Shown: positions 11,072-22,533 of the stretch, in pieces
How positions within the stretch are numbered: position 1 is the stretch's first letter
How the letters are laid out: every line of letters begins with the position of its first letter
Assembly (NCBI GenBank): GCA_963828735.1
Contig: CAWHFW010000005.1
Location: 256,001-320,000, forward strand
Direction of reading: 5' to 3'
From: an uncultured Gemmatimonadales bacterium
GTDB taxonomy: Bacteria > Gemmatimonadota > Gemmatimonadetes > Gemmatimonadales > GWC2-71-9
DNA length: 64,000 nt
The notes under the pieces: generated by a model
What the model saw: only the letters and a program-made list of their open reading frames with translations
What the model was told of the DNA's origin: nothing
The model's database searches: none
Program-made: the position numbers and the translations under genes

Positions 11072-11533
11072 TCAGTCGAGGGGGCGCGCGAAACGGACGC
11101 GCGACTTGTTGATGTACCAGCTGATGTCGTCGCGACCGAGGACGAAGAAGACGCCCGGTCCGTTCAGATAGTCGAGGCTTCGCGCCCGCGACGGCGGCAG
11201 CTCGAGCGCGGCACGGCCACGATATTCCGTCCCACCCTGCACCACCACCTCGAGCTCGATGTGCCGCGCCGCCGATTCCCGCTCGGGATCAAGGAGACGC
11301 GGCCGGTCCCGGCAGGAAACGACGACCACCTGGGTCTTCGGAATGAACGTGACCCCGCCGCCCTCCAGCGTGAGCGCGAAGAACCCGTCGTCCCGATTGA
11401 GCATCTCGAGCGGCGTCTCCGGCCCGGGCGGGTACGTGGTACGGGCGTACAAATGCAGGTCGCCCGCGAGGGTGATGCCCTCGGCCAGCACGACTTCCGC
11501 GGGCACCTTGGTGGTGATTCCCCAGTCGCTCAT
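11072..11533 (-). CDS. Hypothetical protein with two tandem beta-rich repeats
   Basis: MSDWGITTKV...; the two halves align (V.L..G....G...LN....FF.L.......I.K..V). Confidence 0.7.
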   Translation of the reverse strand: MSDWGITTKVPAEVVLAEGITLAGDLHLYARTTYPPGPETPLEMLNRDDGFFALTLEGGGVTFIPKTQVVVVSCRDRPRLLDPERESAARHIELEVVVQGGTEYRGRAALELPPSRARSLDYLNGPGVFFVLGRDDISWYINKSRVRFARPLD

Positions 11534-11594
11534 TCGCTCTGTCCGGGCAAGTGGAGGGAAGCTGACGACAGGGGCCCACCGCGGCAAGTGGGCA

Positions 11595-12479
11595 TCAGCC
11601 GCGGATCTCCACGCCTGCTTGCCGCTCGGTGAGCCGGATGGGATCGAGGTAGTCGGCCGCCTCGCCGAGGGTCGACCGCGCGCTGGCAAGCACGGAGCGA
11701 GCGAGTTCGAAGATCGGCCCGGCCACGCCGGTCTCGGCCAGGAGGTCCGTGGCGATCGCGACGTCCTTCTCGAGCAGGGCCAACCGGAACGTTCGTGGCC
11801 AGGCTCCCGTGAGGACCCGTTCGGGCACGAGCACCTCGCTGACGAAGGAACGCCCGCTCGAGACGTTGAGGACGTCGAGCGCGAGGCGCGGCGCGACTCC
11901 CGCCTTGACCAGGGCCGCGAGTCCCTCGCCCACCGCCTGGATGTTGACCGCGAGCAGGGCGTTGTTCACGGCTTTGAGCGCGTCGCCTGCGCCCACCGGA
12001 CCCACGTGCTCGATGCGACGCCCGAACGCCTCGAGCACGGGCCGGGCCCGCGCGAACGTCGCCGCGTCCGCGCCCACCATGATCGTGAGGGTCCCCGACT
12101 CGGCGCCGTTCGTGCCGCCGCTGACGGGTGCGTCTGCGAAGGCCACGCCCTGCTCGGCCAGGCGAGCCGCGATGCGCCGCGAGGTCGCCGGGTCTCCGGA
12201 CGTACAGTCGAGGAACAGGGTGCCCGGCCGCAGGCCCGCGAGCAGCCCGTCGGGGCCGTCGAGCAGCGAGACCACGTCGGCCGAGGTGCTGAGGCAGGTG
12301 ATCACGACCTCGGCTGCCGCCGCCTCGCGCGGCGTGGCCACGGCGGTCGCGCCGTAGCGCGCCGCAAAGGCGGTCGCCCGCGACCCGGTCCGGTTCCAGA
12401 CCGTGAGGCCGCCACGACGGGCGAGATGCGCGGCCATGGGAGCGCCGATGGCGCCCAGGCCGAGGAAGCCGACGTGCAT
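11595..12479 (-). CDS. NAD(P)-dependent beta-hydroxyacid dehydrogenase (3-hydroxyisobutyrate dehydrogenase family)
   Basis: GFLGLGAIGAPMA, DAPVSGG and KAVNN motifs. Confidence 0.9.
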   Translation of the reverse strand: MHVGFLGLGAIGAPMAAHLARRGGLTVWNRTGSRATAFAARYGATAVATPREAAAAEVVITCLSTSADVVSLLDGPDGLLAGLRPGTLFLDCTSGDPATSRRIAARLAEQGVAFADAPVSGGTNGAESGTLTIMVGADAATFARARPVLEAFGRRIEHVGPVGAGDALKAVNNALLAVNIQAVGEGLAALVKAGVAPRLALDVLNVSSGRSFVSEVLVPERVLTGAWPRTFRLALLEKDVAIATDLLAETGVAGPIFELARSVLASARSTLGEAADYLDPIRLTERQAGVEIRG

Positions 12480-12607
12480 CAGACGGACCTTTCGGGAGCG
12501 CGAGCGGGCGAGCGAGGACGTCGAAAAGTAGCGAGGGCGCGCGTCGATGGAACTGCCGGCCGGTCCGGCGCCACACGTCCGGCACTCGGCCGGGCTAATT
12601 TGAGAGC

Positions 12608-13810
12608 ATGGGTGCACGCATCCTCCACGTCGACCTCGACGCCTTCTTCGTCGAGGTCTGCCGACAGCGACATCCCGAGCTTCGCGACGTCGAGCTCCTG
12701 GTCGTCGGCGGGCGCCGCGATCAGCGCGGCGTGGTCCAATCCGCCTCCTACGGGGCGCGGCGCTTCGGGATTCACGCCGGGATGCCCATCGCGCAGGCGG
12801 TCCGCCTGTGTCCCGCGGCGACCTTCTTCCAGGGCTCCTTCCCCGACTACCGCGACGCCTCGCGCGCGGTGCGCGCGGTACTCCAGGGCTTCAGCCCGAC
12901 GGTGGTGATGGCCTCGCTCGACGAGGCCTACCTCGACTTCGCCGGGACTGAGCGCCTCTATCCGGTGTCCCTGCTTCCCGTCGCGGAGCAGATCCGGGAC
13001 ACCGTGCGCGCAAACACCGGGCTCGATTGCAGCATCGGCATCGGACCGAACCGGATGATCGCGAAGCTCGCGTCCGACGCCGCCAAGCCGCGCGGCCTGA
13101 TGGAGGTGCGCGCGGGATGGGAGGAGGGGTTCCTGGCGGGACTGGCGCTGCGGGCGATGCCCGGCGTCGGCCCCAGGACCGCGGAGCGCTGGGCGGAGCT
13201 CGGACTGGCGGACGTCTGGCAGGTTCAGCGGATGGAGGAGGGAGCGCTCGAGCGGCTGATCGGCCCGGAAGCGCGGCCTCTCAAGCGGCGCGCGCACGGG
13301 TACGGCGGCACCACGCTCCGCGCGGACCGGCTGCCCCGCTCCGTGAGTCGGGAGACGACCCTGTCGCGAGATCTTCGCGACCCCACCCAGCTCGAGGCCA
13401 CCTTGTCGCTGCTCGCCGCCCGCGTCGCCGGCCAGCTCCGCGACGAGCATCTGGTGGCCCGCACGGTGACGCTGAAGCTGCGCCACGACGATTTCCGCAC
13501 CGTGACACGCCGTCACACCTTCGAGATGGCCACGGATCTCGACGCCGAGCTCTACGGCGCTGCGCGCGATCTGTTCCGGGCGGCGTTCGAGGAAGTGCGG
13601 GTGCGGAACCGCGGTGTGCGGCTCATCGGCGTCGCCGCAACAAACCTGTCCGAGGCCGCCGAGGCCGACCTGTTCGAGCCGCCCCGGCGTCGGCGCCTGC
13701 GCGACCTCTCCGCCGCGGTCGACCAGTTGCGGGAGAAGTACGGCTTCGCGGCCGTCACGCCGGGGAGCGCGCTCCGCTCGAAGCGGCGGCGGGATGCCGA
13801 CTCGCCGTAA
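12608..13810 (+). CDS. dinB: DNA polymerase IV
   Basis: ILHVDLDAFF, SYGARRFG, SLDEAYLD, AKLASD..KP motifs. Confidence 0.93.
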   Translation: MGARILHVDLDAFFVEVCRQRHPELRDVELLVVGGRRDQRGVVQSASYGARRFGIHAGMPIAQAVRLCPAATFFQGSFPDYRDASRAVRAVLQGFSPTVVMASLDEAYLDFAGTERLYPVSLLPVAEQIRDTVRANTGLDCSIGIGPNRMIAKLASDAAKPRGLMEVRAGWEEGFLAGLALRAMPGVGPRTAERWAELGLADVWQVQRMEEGALERLIGPEARPLKRRAHGYGGTTLRADRLPRSVSRETTLSRDLRDPTQLEATLSLLAARVAGQLRDEHLVARTVTLKLRHDDFRTVTRRHTFEMATDLDAELYGAARDLFRAAFEEVRVRNRGVRLIGVAATNLSEAAEADLFEPPRRRRLRDLSAAVDQLREKYGFAAVTPGSALRSKRRRDADSP

Positions 13811-13826
13811 CCGCCGCTCGCGACCG

Positions 13827-14486
13827 CTACCTCATATCCTTGTCCTCGAACCTGAGCCCCACCGCGCCATCCGCCGCCGTCACCTGTCCGCCGAGATCCT
13901 GGAAGGTTGCCGATCGCGCGGCCACCCCCCGCGCCTGCACCGTGCTGTTCCGAAAGAGCCGGTAGTAACCGATGAAGACGCGGCGCCCGCCGGCACGCAC
14001 GGCGCAGCCGCAATCCAGGGCGCCTTGCAGACCGGCGTTCACGATGAGCCGGAGCGGCTGGGTCGACGCGTTGGTGATGAGTGGCGCGAAATACGCGCCG
14101 TCGGCCGTCCGGCTGGCCGATCGCAGACGGGTCGTGCCGGAGGGGCGCTGCAGCACTGAGGAGCCCCGCATCTCCTCGCCCATCGGCGTGCCGTCGGCCG
14201 AGCGGGGACGAAGCAGCTGCCACTGCACTACCGCCGTTCGCCCACGCGGGACTCCGACACGCACCGTGCTTCCGGGCGCGACGGTCAGTGGCGACCCGTT
14301 GCCCACGACCAGACGCACCGGCGCCGTGAGCGTATTGGTGAACGCCACGTGAGGCCGAAGCAGCAGCAGCACGCCGGCCGCCGCGGCGACAATCAGGAGC
14401 AGGAGCAGCGCGATCGGCAGGACCGGCATCCGCGGCCCTTCCAGGCCAGGGGCGGAAGGCACCGGGTTCTGGTCGGCGAAGGTCAT
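13827..14486 (-). CDS. Membrane-anchored hypothetical protein, paralogous to the extracytoplasmic domain of the adjacent kinase
   Basis: One TM helix then a beta-rich domain with FAPLI.N, DCGC and GYY; alternative ATG at 14429. Confidence 0.75.
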   Translation of the reverse strand: MTFADQNPVPSAPGLEGPRMPVLPIALLLLLIVAAAAGVLLLLRPHVAFTNTLTAPVRLVVGNGSPLTVAPGSTVRVGVPRGRTAVVQWQLLRPRSADGTPMGEEMRGSSVLQRPSGTTRLRSASRTADGAYFAPLITNASTQPLRLIVNAGLQGALDCGCAVRAGGRRVFIGYYRLFRNSTVQARGVAARSATFQDLGGQVTAADGAVGLRFEDKDMR

Positions 14487-14506
14487 CAGGTGATTGGCGC
14501 GGGTCG

Positions 14507-16279
14507 TCAGTGAGTGGGGAGAAAGCCCCGCAGCGGATCGCGACGCTCCGGGGGACGCGAACGGCGGACGACCGCCGGCTTGAGCGGGGTCAGTAGCGAC
14601 GCCGGCATGACCCGGAAGACGACCACGCCGGACATCGAGTCCACCCCGGTGAGGATGGCATTGAATTTCCCGACCGCGTGAGCCGTGTCCCGGACCCGAA
14701 CCGAGCTGGTGCGGTCGAGCGGGTAGTAGCCCAGCCGAAGCGAGTCGCCGGGCGCGATGATGCACGCGCAGTCGAATGTGTCACGGCCGCTCACGACCGC
14801 GGCCTCGATGCGTCGGCCGCTGCGGTTCACGATCAGCGGCGCGAACCGTGGCCGCCCCCCCGTCCCGGCGGCGACGACCTCGCGCACGTCGCCGCGCACG
14901 TCGTCGGCCACGATGCTGCCCTCCACTTCCCCGCCCAGCGGCCGGCCGGTTCCCGCGGTAGGGCGCACCATCGCCCAGTGCGCCTCGAGCGGTCGGCGCG
15001 GCCGCAGCGGCAGGCGGAGGCTATCGCCCGAGCGCACGGTGAAGCCGGTGTCGTCGAGCGTGAGCGCGATGGGCTCCGTGAGACGGTTGTACACCACCAG
15101 CGATGCGTGCGGCCGCACCGATGCCCAGAGCGCTCCCACCACCGCCACGAGACCGAGCGCCACGAGGGCCCGGCGTCGTCCGACGCGACGACGAGCCCGG
15201 GGCATCGCGGCCGTCGGCGTTTCGTCCTCCGCGGAGGCGGCCGGGAGGCGGGCCGGAGCGGCGCCGTCGTCCTGGACCGCGCCGGGCACCGGGGTGGACA
15301 GGCCTGCCCTCCGTCCGTCCCGGATCGCTTCGAGCACGGCGCGCGCGCTCGGATAGCGGTCGTCCGGGTGTTTGGCGAGGCACCGGAGGATGATCGCCGT
15401 AAGCCAGGGCGGCACGCGATCCCGCGAGAGGGTGGCCACCGGGACCGGCTGGTGCAGGTGACGGGTGACGATCTCCTGCGAATCGTTCCCCTCGAACGGC
15501 GGCGCGCCGGTCAGCATCTGGAACAGCACGACGCCCATTCCGTACACGTCCGCCCGAGCATCCACGTCGTCCCGCCCGAGCGCCTGCTCCGGACTCATGT
15601 ACAATGGCGTGCCCACGATGAAGCCGGTCTGCGTGTGACCGGCCGCCCCATCCAGATCCTTCACGATGCCGAAGTCGACCAGGAGCGGGCGCCCCGTTCC
15701 GGACTCGATGAGAATGTTGTCCGGCTTCACGTCCCGATGCACCAGCCCGGCCTCATGGGCGTGCTGCAGGGTCTCGAGGATCGGCTCCGCGATGGCCAGC
15801 GCGCGGTGGAACGGCAACGCCCCGTCCGCCCGAAGCAGATCGGCCAGCGTGCGCCCCTCGCAGTACGGCATCACGTAGAAGACGAGCCCTTCGACTTCGC
15901 CGACGAAATGGATCGGTAGCGTGTTGGGGTGGTTGAGGCGCGCGATGGCGCGGGCCTCCTGCTTGAAGCGCGCGAGCGTGGCCGGGCTCCAGGGCAGATC
16001 GGCGCGCAGGACCTTCGCCGCGAGCCGACGCTGGAGGTCCTCGTCCCGGACCTCGTAGACCTCGGCGAATCCCCCGCGGCCGAGCAGGCGAACGACCCGG
16101 TATTTGCGCCCGAGCGCCCGCGCGAGCGCGGGCCCGCGATCGGCTTCCGGAACCCGCGGTGAGGGAAGCGGCAGCTCGCCGGTCGCGAGCAACGCCAGGC
16201 TCCCCGGGCCGCAGCGCGGACAGTCGGCGTTGCCCTCGGGGAGCGGGGCGTGACAGGACGAGCAGACCAGCAGGGCCAG
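14507..16279 (-). CDS. Hanks-type Ser/Thr kinase: zinc ribbon, kinase, TM helix, extracytoplasmic domain (probable CTG start)
   Basis: GRGGFAEV, HRDVKPDN, DFG, GTPLYMSPE; in-frame CSSC..CPRC upstream of the first TTG (16192); GGAGG at 16288-16284. Confidence 0.88.
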   Translation of the reverse strand: MALLVCSSCHAPLPEGNADCPRCGPGSLALLATGELPLPSPRVPEADRGPALARALGRKYRVVRLLGRGGFAEVYEVRDEDLQRRLAAKVLRADLPWSPATLARFKQEARAIARLNHPNTLPIHFVGEVEGLVFYVMPYCEGRTLADLLRADGALPFHRALAIAEPILETLQHAHEAGLVHRDVKPDNILIESGTGRPLLVDFGIVKDLDGAAGHTQTGFIVGTPLYMSPEQALGRDDVDARADVYGMGVVLFQMLTGAPPFEGNDSQEIVTRHLHQPVPVATLSRDRVPPWLTAIILRCLAKHPDDRYPSARAVLEAIRDGRRAGLSTPVPGAVQDDGAAPARLPAASAEDETPTAAMPRARRRVGRRRALVALGLVAVVGALWASVRPHASLVVYNRLTEPIALTLDDTGFTVRSGDSLRLPLRPRRPLEAHWAMVRPTAGTGRPLGGEVEGSIVADDVRGDVREVVAAGTGGRPRFAPLIVNRSGRRIEAAVVSGRDTFDCACIIAPGDSLRLGYYPLDRTSSVRVRDTAHAVGKFNAILTGVDSMSGVVVFRVMPASLLTPLKPAVVRRSRPPERRDPLRGFLPTH

Positions 16280-16481
16280 AACACCTCCGTTGGAACCCAG
16301 TGGAACCCACGGCCCTGTAAAGCTTAACGCATCCGTCGAGGGGGGGTGAGTGCAATTTTGGGGATGGGTGAAGCGGTGGTGGCTTCAGGCATATTATGCA
16401 GTCATTGTGGCCCAATTCTCGTCTACTGCGGTCAGGTTTGCACCTATGAACAGCATTTTGTGCAATGTGTGCACGATTCTC

Positions 16482-16510
16482 TTGACATGAAAAGTGCCGG
16501 TTCGTATACT
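16482..16510 (+). promoter_or_regulatory. Sigma70-type promoter for glnA
   Basis: TTGACA(16482-16487)-17 nt-TATACT(16505-16510). Confidence 0.8.
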
Positions 16511-16516
16511 CCGCTA

Positions 16517-16703
16517 GTCGAGATGCCGGACCCTGTACCCGGAGCCACGATGCGCCAGTCCTTCCGAAATCCGTCGCCGCGCCATCGCGAACCGCCCGGG
16601 CCCCCGTCCCGCTGCCCCGCAGCGTCCCCGATGCCCCTGCGTTCGCGATGCGACGCAGGGGCATCTCACTGAGATCCACCTCCACCACCAGCGCGAGACC
16701 GCC
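16517..16703 (+). promoter_or_regulatory. Structured 5' leader of glnA
   Basis: 16-bp hairpin at 16630-16665; competing perfect helices 16520-16527:16660-16667 and 16583-16592:16641-16650. Confidence 0.5.
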
Positions 16704-18170
<1,467 letters not shown>

Positions 18171-18211
18171 TGCACCGCGAGGCCTGATAGCGCGTTCGCG
18201 GTAGCGACGCC

Positions 18212-18269
18212 CGTGGGACGTGAGTCGCGGGTCGTGGGATCTCCCACGGCCCGCGACTCACGGCTTCAC
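18212..18269. repeat. Inverted heptamer-repeat hairpin between glnA and ilvD
   Basis: CGTGGGA/CGTGAGT/CGCGGGT/CGTGGGA followed by their inverse; stem of about 21 bp at 18219-18262 with one G-U pair. Confidence 0.65.
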
Positions 18270-18292
18270 CGCCCCCCCTCTACATTTCCGTC

Positions 18293-19969
18293 ATGCCCGA
18301 CTCCCTCCGCAGCGCCGCGATCACCGCCGGCGTCCAGCGCGCGCCCAACCGCGCCATGCTTCGCGCCGTCGGCTTCGGCGACGCCGACTTCGGCAAGCCC
18401 ATCATCGGGATCGCGAACGGCTACAGCACGATCACGCCGTGCAACGCGGGACTCGACGTCCTCGCGCGGCGGGCGGAGGCGGCGGTACGCGCCGCCGGGG
18501 CCATGCCGCAGCTGTTCGGCACGATCACGGTGAGCGACGGGATCTCGATGGGAACCGAGGGCATGAAGTACTCGCTCGTCTCGCGCGAGGTGATCGCCGA
18601 CTCGATCGAGACGGCCTGCGGCGCCGAGAGCATGGACGGGGTGGTGGCGGTGGGCGGGTGCGACAAAAATATGCCGGGTGCCATGATCGCGATGGCCCGG
18701 ATGAACATTCCGGCCATCTTCGTCTACGGCGGCACGATCAAGCCGGGGCACCTGCACGGCCGCGACCTCACGGTCGTGAGCGCCTTCGAGGCGGTGGGGC
18801 AGTTCAGCGCGGGCCGGATCGACGAGCGCGAGCTGCTCGACGTCGAGCGCCACGCCTGCCCGGGCATGGGCTCGTGCGGCGGGATGTTCACCGCCAACAC
18901 CATGTCCTCCGTGTTCGAGGCGATGGGCATGAGTCTGCCGCGCTCCTCGACGATGGCGGCCGAAGACGGCGAGAAGGCGGACAGCGCGGCCCGCTCGGGC
19001 GAAGTGCTGGTGGCGGCGGTTCGCCGCGACATCCGGCCGCGGGCCATCCTCACCCGGCAAGCGTTCGAGAACGGCATCGCCGTGGCGATGGCGCTCGGAG
19101 GGAGCACCAACGCGGTCCTCCACCTGCTCGCCATCGCCCACTCGGCGGGCGTCCCGCTGGCCCTGGACGATTTCGAGGCGATCCGCGCGCGCGTCCCGGT
19201 ACTCTGCGATCTCAAGCCGTCGGGCCGCTACGTCGCCACCGACCTCCACGCGGCCGGCGGCGTGCCGCAGGTCATGAAAATGCTCCTGGCGCACGGCCTG
19301 CTGCACGGCGACGCCCTCACCGTCAGCGGCGACACCATCGCCGAAACGCTTCGCGACGTGCCCGAGGCGCCGCGTGCGGACCAGGACGTCATTCGTCCCT
19401 GGACGCGCCCCCTCTATGCCCAGGGGCACCTGGCGGTGCTGCGGGGCAACCTGGCCCCGGAGGGATCGGTCGCGAAGATCGCCGGCGTGAAGGAGCCCCG
19501 GATCACCGGGCCCGCGCGCATCTTCGAGTCCGAAGAGGCCTGCCTCGACGCCATCCTCGATGGTCGGATCCGGGCGGGCGACGTCCTTGTGATCCGCTAC
19601 GAGGGTCCACGGGGCGGGCCGGGAATGCGCGAAATGCTGGCGCCGACCTCGGCCATCATCGGCGCCGGCCTGGGCGACTCGGTCGCGCTGATCACCGACG
19701 GCCGGTTCTCGGGCGGCACCTACGGCCTGGTGGTGGGACACGTCGCCCCGGAAGCTGCCGTCGGCGGGCCGATCGCCCTGCTCGAGGAAGGCGACCTCAT
19801 CACCATCGACGCGAACGAACGGCTGTTGGCCGTGGACGTCTGCGAGGAGGAGCTCGCGAAGCGGCGCGAGGCGTGGACGCCGCCGCCGGCCCGCTACACA
19901 GCCGGCGTCCTCCACAAGTACGCCCGACAGGTGTCGAGCGCGAGTCTGGGCGCGGTGACCGATCTCTAA
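18293..19969 (+). CDS. ilvD: Dihydroxy-acid dehydratase
   Basis: [32 protein letters not shown] motifs. Confidence 0.96.
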   Translation: MPDSLRSAAITAGVQRAPNRAMLRAVGFGDADFGKPIIGIANGYSTITPCNAGLDVLARRAEAAVRAAGAMPQLFGTITVSDGISMGTEGMKYSLVSREVIADSIETACGAESMDGVVAVGGCDKNMPGAMIAMARMNIPAIFVYGGTIKPGHLHGRDLTVVSAFEAVGQFSAGRIDERELLDVERHACPGMGSCGGMFTANTMSSVFEAMGMSLPRSSTMAAEDGEKADSAARSGEVLVAAVRRDIRPRAILTRQAFENGIAVAMALGGSTNAVLHLLAIAHSAGVPLALDDFEAIRARVPVLCDLKPSGRYVATDLHAAGGVPQVMKMLLAHGLLHGDALTVSGDTIAETLRDVPEAPRADQDVIRPWTRPLYAQGHLAVLRGNLAPEGSVAKIAGVKEPRITGPARIFESEEACLDAILDGRIRAGDVLVIRYEGPRGGPGMREMLAPTSAIIGAGLGDSVALITDGRFSGGTYGLVVGHVAPEAAVGGPIALLEEGDLITIDANERLLAVDVCEEELAKRREAWTPPPARYTAGVLHKYARQVSSASLGAVTDL

Positions 19970-19973
19970 CGCC

Positions 19974-20639
19974 CTGGCCGTCGATCGTCCGCAGTCGGCG
20001 TCCCGGGCGACGCGAAGCGCGGTCCTCGCGGGCGTCTGCTTCGCCTTGTTCGGCGCGGTCGCAGTCGCTGTGTTGGCCGGATGGACCCAGGCGCTCGACG
20101 TTCGCCTGATGCTGGCCGTCGGCCAGCTCAGGACGGACGAGCTGACGATCGTGATGCAATCGGTCAGCGCCATCGGCGCCGGCGAAATCGAGGTGCCCCT
20201 CGCCCTGCTCCTGAGCCTCCGCCTGTCCATGATTCGCCGTCGACCTGAGGCGGCAGGCTACGCCGCCGCCACTCTGAGCGGCTGGGCCCTCTATGGCGTG
20301 ACCAAGTGGGTGTTCCAGCGCCACCGCCCGCGCGTCATTCCGAGGCTGTCCTCGGCGGGCTGGCTCTCCTTTCCTTCCGGTCACGCCACCATGGCGCCAC
20401 TGGTGTTCGGCCTCGGCATCCTGATCTGGTCCGCGCCGTTGGCGCGAGGCACGCGGGTCGCGCTGCTCGTGCTGGCCGCCTTCGTGTCGCTCCTCATCGC
20501 CTTCTCGCGCGTGTACCTGGGCGTTCATTGGCCGACCGACGTGCTGGCAGGTCTGCTGCTCGGAACGGGGTGGGCGGCGCTATGGGTGTGGTGGTGGGAG
20601 CAGGCCGACCTGAGGCGCTCGAAGGTTCGGAATCCCTAG
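19974..20639 (+). CDS. PAP2-family membrane phosphatase (probable CTG start)
   Basis: K....R.RP, SFPSGH, SRVYLGVHWPTDV; the first TM helix begins upstream of TTG 20046; in-frame CTG 4 nt after the ilvD stop. Confidence 0.85.
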   Translation: MAVDRPQSASRATRSAVLAGVCFALFGAVAVAVLAGWTQALDVRLMLAVGQLRTDELTIVMQSVSAIGAGEIEVPLALLLSLRLSMIRRRPEAAGYAAATLSGWALYGVTKWVFQRHRPRVIPRLSSAGWLSFPSGHATMAPLVFGLGILIWSAPLARGTRVALLVLAAFVSLLIAFSRVYLGVHWPTDVLAGLLLGTGWAALWVWWWEQADLRRSKVRNP

Positions 20640-20683
20640 AGGCAGGGCTCGCCCGTCGAGGCGCGCGAGGGTCGCCTGAGCGG

Positions 20684-21769
20684 TCAGCTCCGCTCGACGA
20701 GTTGCCCCCGGAGCACCGCCCGTGCGACCCACTCGCCCAGCTCGCGGGTTCCGACAGTCGGCTCCCCCGGCGCGGCAATGTCCGGCGTGCGGAGGCCCGC
20801 TGCGAGGACCCCGGCCACCGCCTGGTCCACCTGGTCGGCCGCGTCCGCCTGGCCAAGCCCGTACCGAAGCAGCAGGGCGGCCGACGCGATCGCGCCGAGC
20901 GGGTTGGCAATGCCCCGGCCGGCGATATCGGGCGCCGAACCGTGGACCGGCTCGAACAGTCCGGGCCCATCGCCGATCGAGGCCGAAGGCAGGAGGCCCA
21001 ACGAGCCGCTCAGCACGGCCGCTTCGTCGCTCAGGATGTCGCCGAACAGGTTCTCGGTCAGCAGGACGTCGATCGCCGCCGGGTTGGCCACGAGGCGCAT
21101 CGCCGCGTAATCCACGTAGAGGTGCTCCAGGCGCACGTCGGGATATTCCGCCGCCACCCGACTCACCGTTTCCCGCCAGAGCTGCGAAACCTCCAGCACA
21201 TTCGCCTTGTCCACCGACGTCAGCGTCTTCCGGCGCCCCTGGGCGGCCTGGAACGCCACGCGGGCCACCCGCTCGATCTCCCCCACGGAGTAGCGCATGG
21301 TGTTGACCGCGGCCTCCCGGTCGAGCGCTCGGGGCTGCCCATAGTAGAGCCCTCCCAGGAGCTCCCGCACGATCAGGAGGTCGACGCCGTCGAGCCGCTC
21401 CGGCCTGAGGGGTGAGGCGTGGCGCAGGGCGGCATGAACCGTGACCGGCCGGAGGTTGGCGTACGCACCGAGGAGCTTCCGCAGTGCCAGGAGACCGGCC
21501 TCCGGCCGGCGCCGCCCCTCCGCAGCCGCCAGCGACGGGTGCCCGACCGCGCCGAGCAGGACCGCGTCAGCCTGCGTCACGCCGCCTGCGGTGGCGTCGG
21601 GCAGCGAGTCGCCCGCCTCCGCGACCCCCGCCGCGCCGACGGCAAACTCGCTCGTCTCGATCACGAACCCATGCAGGTCGGCAACGGCGCGGAGGACCCG
21701 GACCGCCTCGGCCGTGACCTCGGGGCCGATGCCGTCGCCGGGAAGCACCGCGATCGCGTACCGGGTCAT
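20684..21769 (-). CDS. leuB: 3-isopropylmalate dehydrogenase
   Basis: [33 protein letters not shown] motifs. Confidence 0.96.
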   Translation of the reverse strand: MTRYAIAVLPGDGIGPEVTAEAVRVLRAVADLHGFVIETSEFAVGAAGVAEAGDSLPDATAGGVTQADAVLLGAVGHPSLAAAEGRRRPEAGLLALRKLLGAYANLRPVTVHAALRHASPLRPERLDGVDLLIVRELLGGLYYGQPRALDREAAVNTMRYSVGEIERVARVAFQAAQGRRKTLTSVDKANVLEVSQLWRETVSRVAAEYPDVRLEHLYVDYAAMRLVANPAAIDVLLTENLFGDILSDEAAVLSGSLGLLPSASIGDGPGLFEPVHGSAPDIAGRGIANPLGAIASAALLLRYGLGQADAADQVDQAVAGVLAAGLRTPDIAAPGEPTVGTRELGEWVARAVLRGQLVERS

Positions 21770-22377
21770 ACCGAATTCCGAGCCGTGAGGGCGGCGCGAC
21801 GCCGCTCGAAAGCGGCGATCCTGGGTTCCTCCAGCAGGGTCATCCCGATCTCGTCGAGCCCCTTCAGAAGCATCTCGCGACGGTAGTCATCGAACTCGAA
21901 GGTGGCCGCGAAGCCCTCACCGTCATGAACGCGGCGTTCCCGCAGGTCGATCGTGACGCGGTGGTGCGGCGACGAATCCGCGCGCTCGGCGAGCGCACGG
22001 ACCTGGCCCTCTGGCAAAACCACGGGCAGTAAGCCATTTTGACAGCAGTTCCCAAAGAAGATGTCTGCGAAGGACGGGGCAATGATCGCCCGGAATCCGT
22101 AGTCCGCGAGGGCCCATGGGGCATGCTCCCGGGAGCTGCCGCACCCGAAATTCGAGCCCGAGATCAGAATCGTGGCGCCGGTCGCGCCGGGGCGGTTGAG
22201 CTCGAAGTCCGGGTTCGGCGAGCCGTCGGAGAGGTACCGCCAGTCGTAGAACAACGAAGGACCGAATCCGGTCCGTTCGATGCGCTTGAGGAACTGCTTC
22301 GGGATGATCTGATCGGTGTCGACGTTCGCTCGCGGGAGCGAAACAGCACGTCCGCTATGCAAAATGAAGGGCTGCAT
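21766..22377 (-). CDS. leuD: 3-isopropylmalate dehydratase small subunit
   Basis: [28 protein letters not shown] motifs. Confidence 0.96.
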   Translation of the reverse strand: MQPFILHSGRAVSLPRANVDTDQIIPKQFLKRIERTGFGPSLFYDWRYLSDGSPNPDFELNRPGATGATILISGSNFGCGSSREHAPWALADYGFRAIIAPSFADIFFGNCCQNGLLPVVLPEGQVRALAERADSSPHHRVTIDLRERRVHDGEGFAATFEFDDYRREMLLKGLDEIGMTLLEEPRIAAFERRRAALTARNSV

Positions 22378-22378
22378 A

Positions 22379-22531
22379 CGCTCTCGGATAAATATTCAGT
22401 CGTTTTGGAGATTGATATTAGTATTTACTTTAAGTAAATCTAGTAATAGACTTCTTGTGAGTAAGTTACGATGTCTACTGTAAGTGATTTCTGACTATGT
22501 ATCCAGCTTCGTATTGCCTGCATATTGAGCC
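22379..22531. other. AT-rich intergenic insert between leuC and leuD
   Basis: 51/150 G+C counted over 22381-22530; palindrome ATTTACTT-T-AAGTAAAT at 22423-22439; CTGCATA direct repeats at 22372-22378 and 22518-22524. Confidence 0.6.
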
Positions 22532-22533
22532 CA

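Noticed and set aside
12480..12607. LexA/SOS box upstream of dinB
   Set aside because: No palindrome matching any SOS box I know
22381..22442. Possible dif (XerCD) site or oriC in the AT-rich insert
   Set aside because: Only partial single-arm resemblance; no properly spaced 11-6-11 site and no clear DnaA boxes
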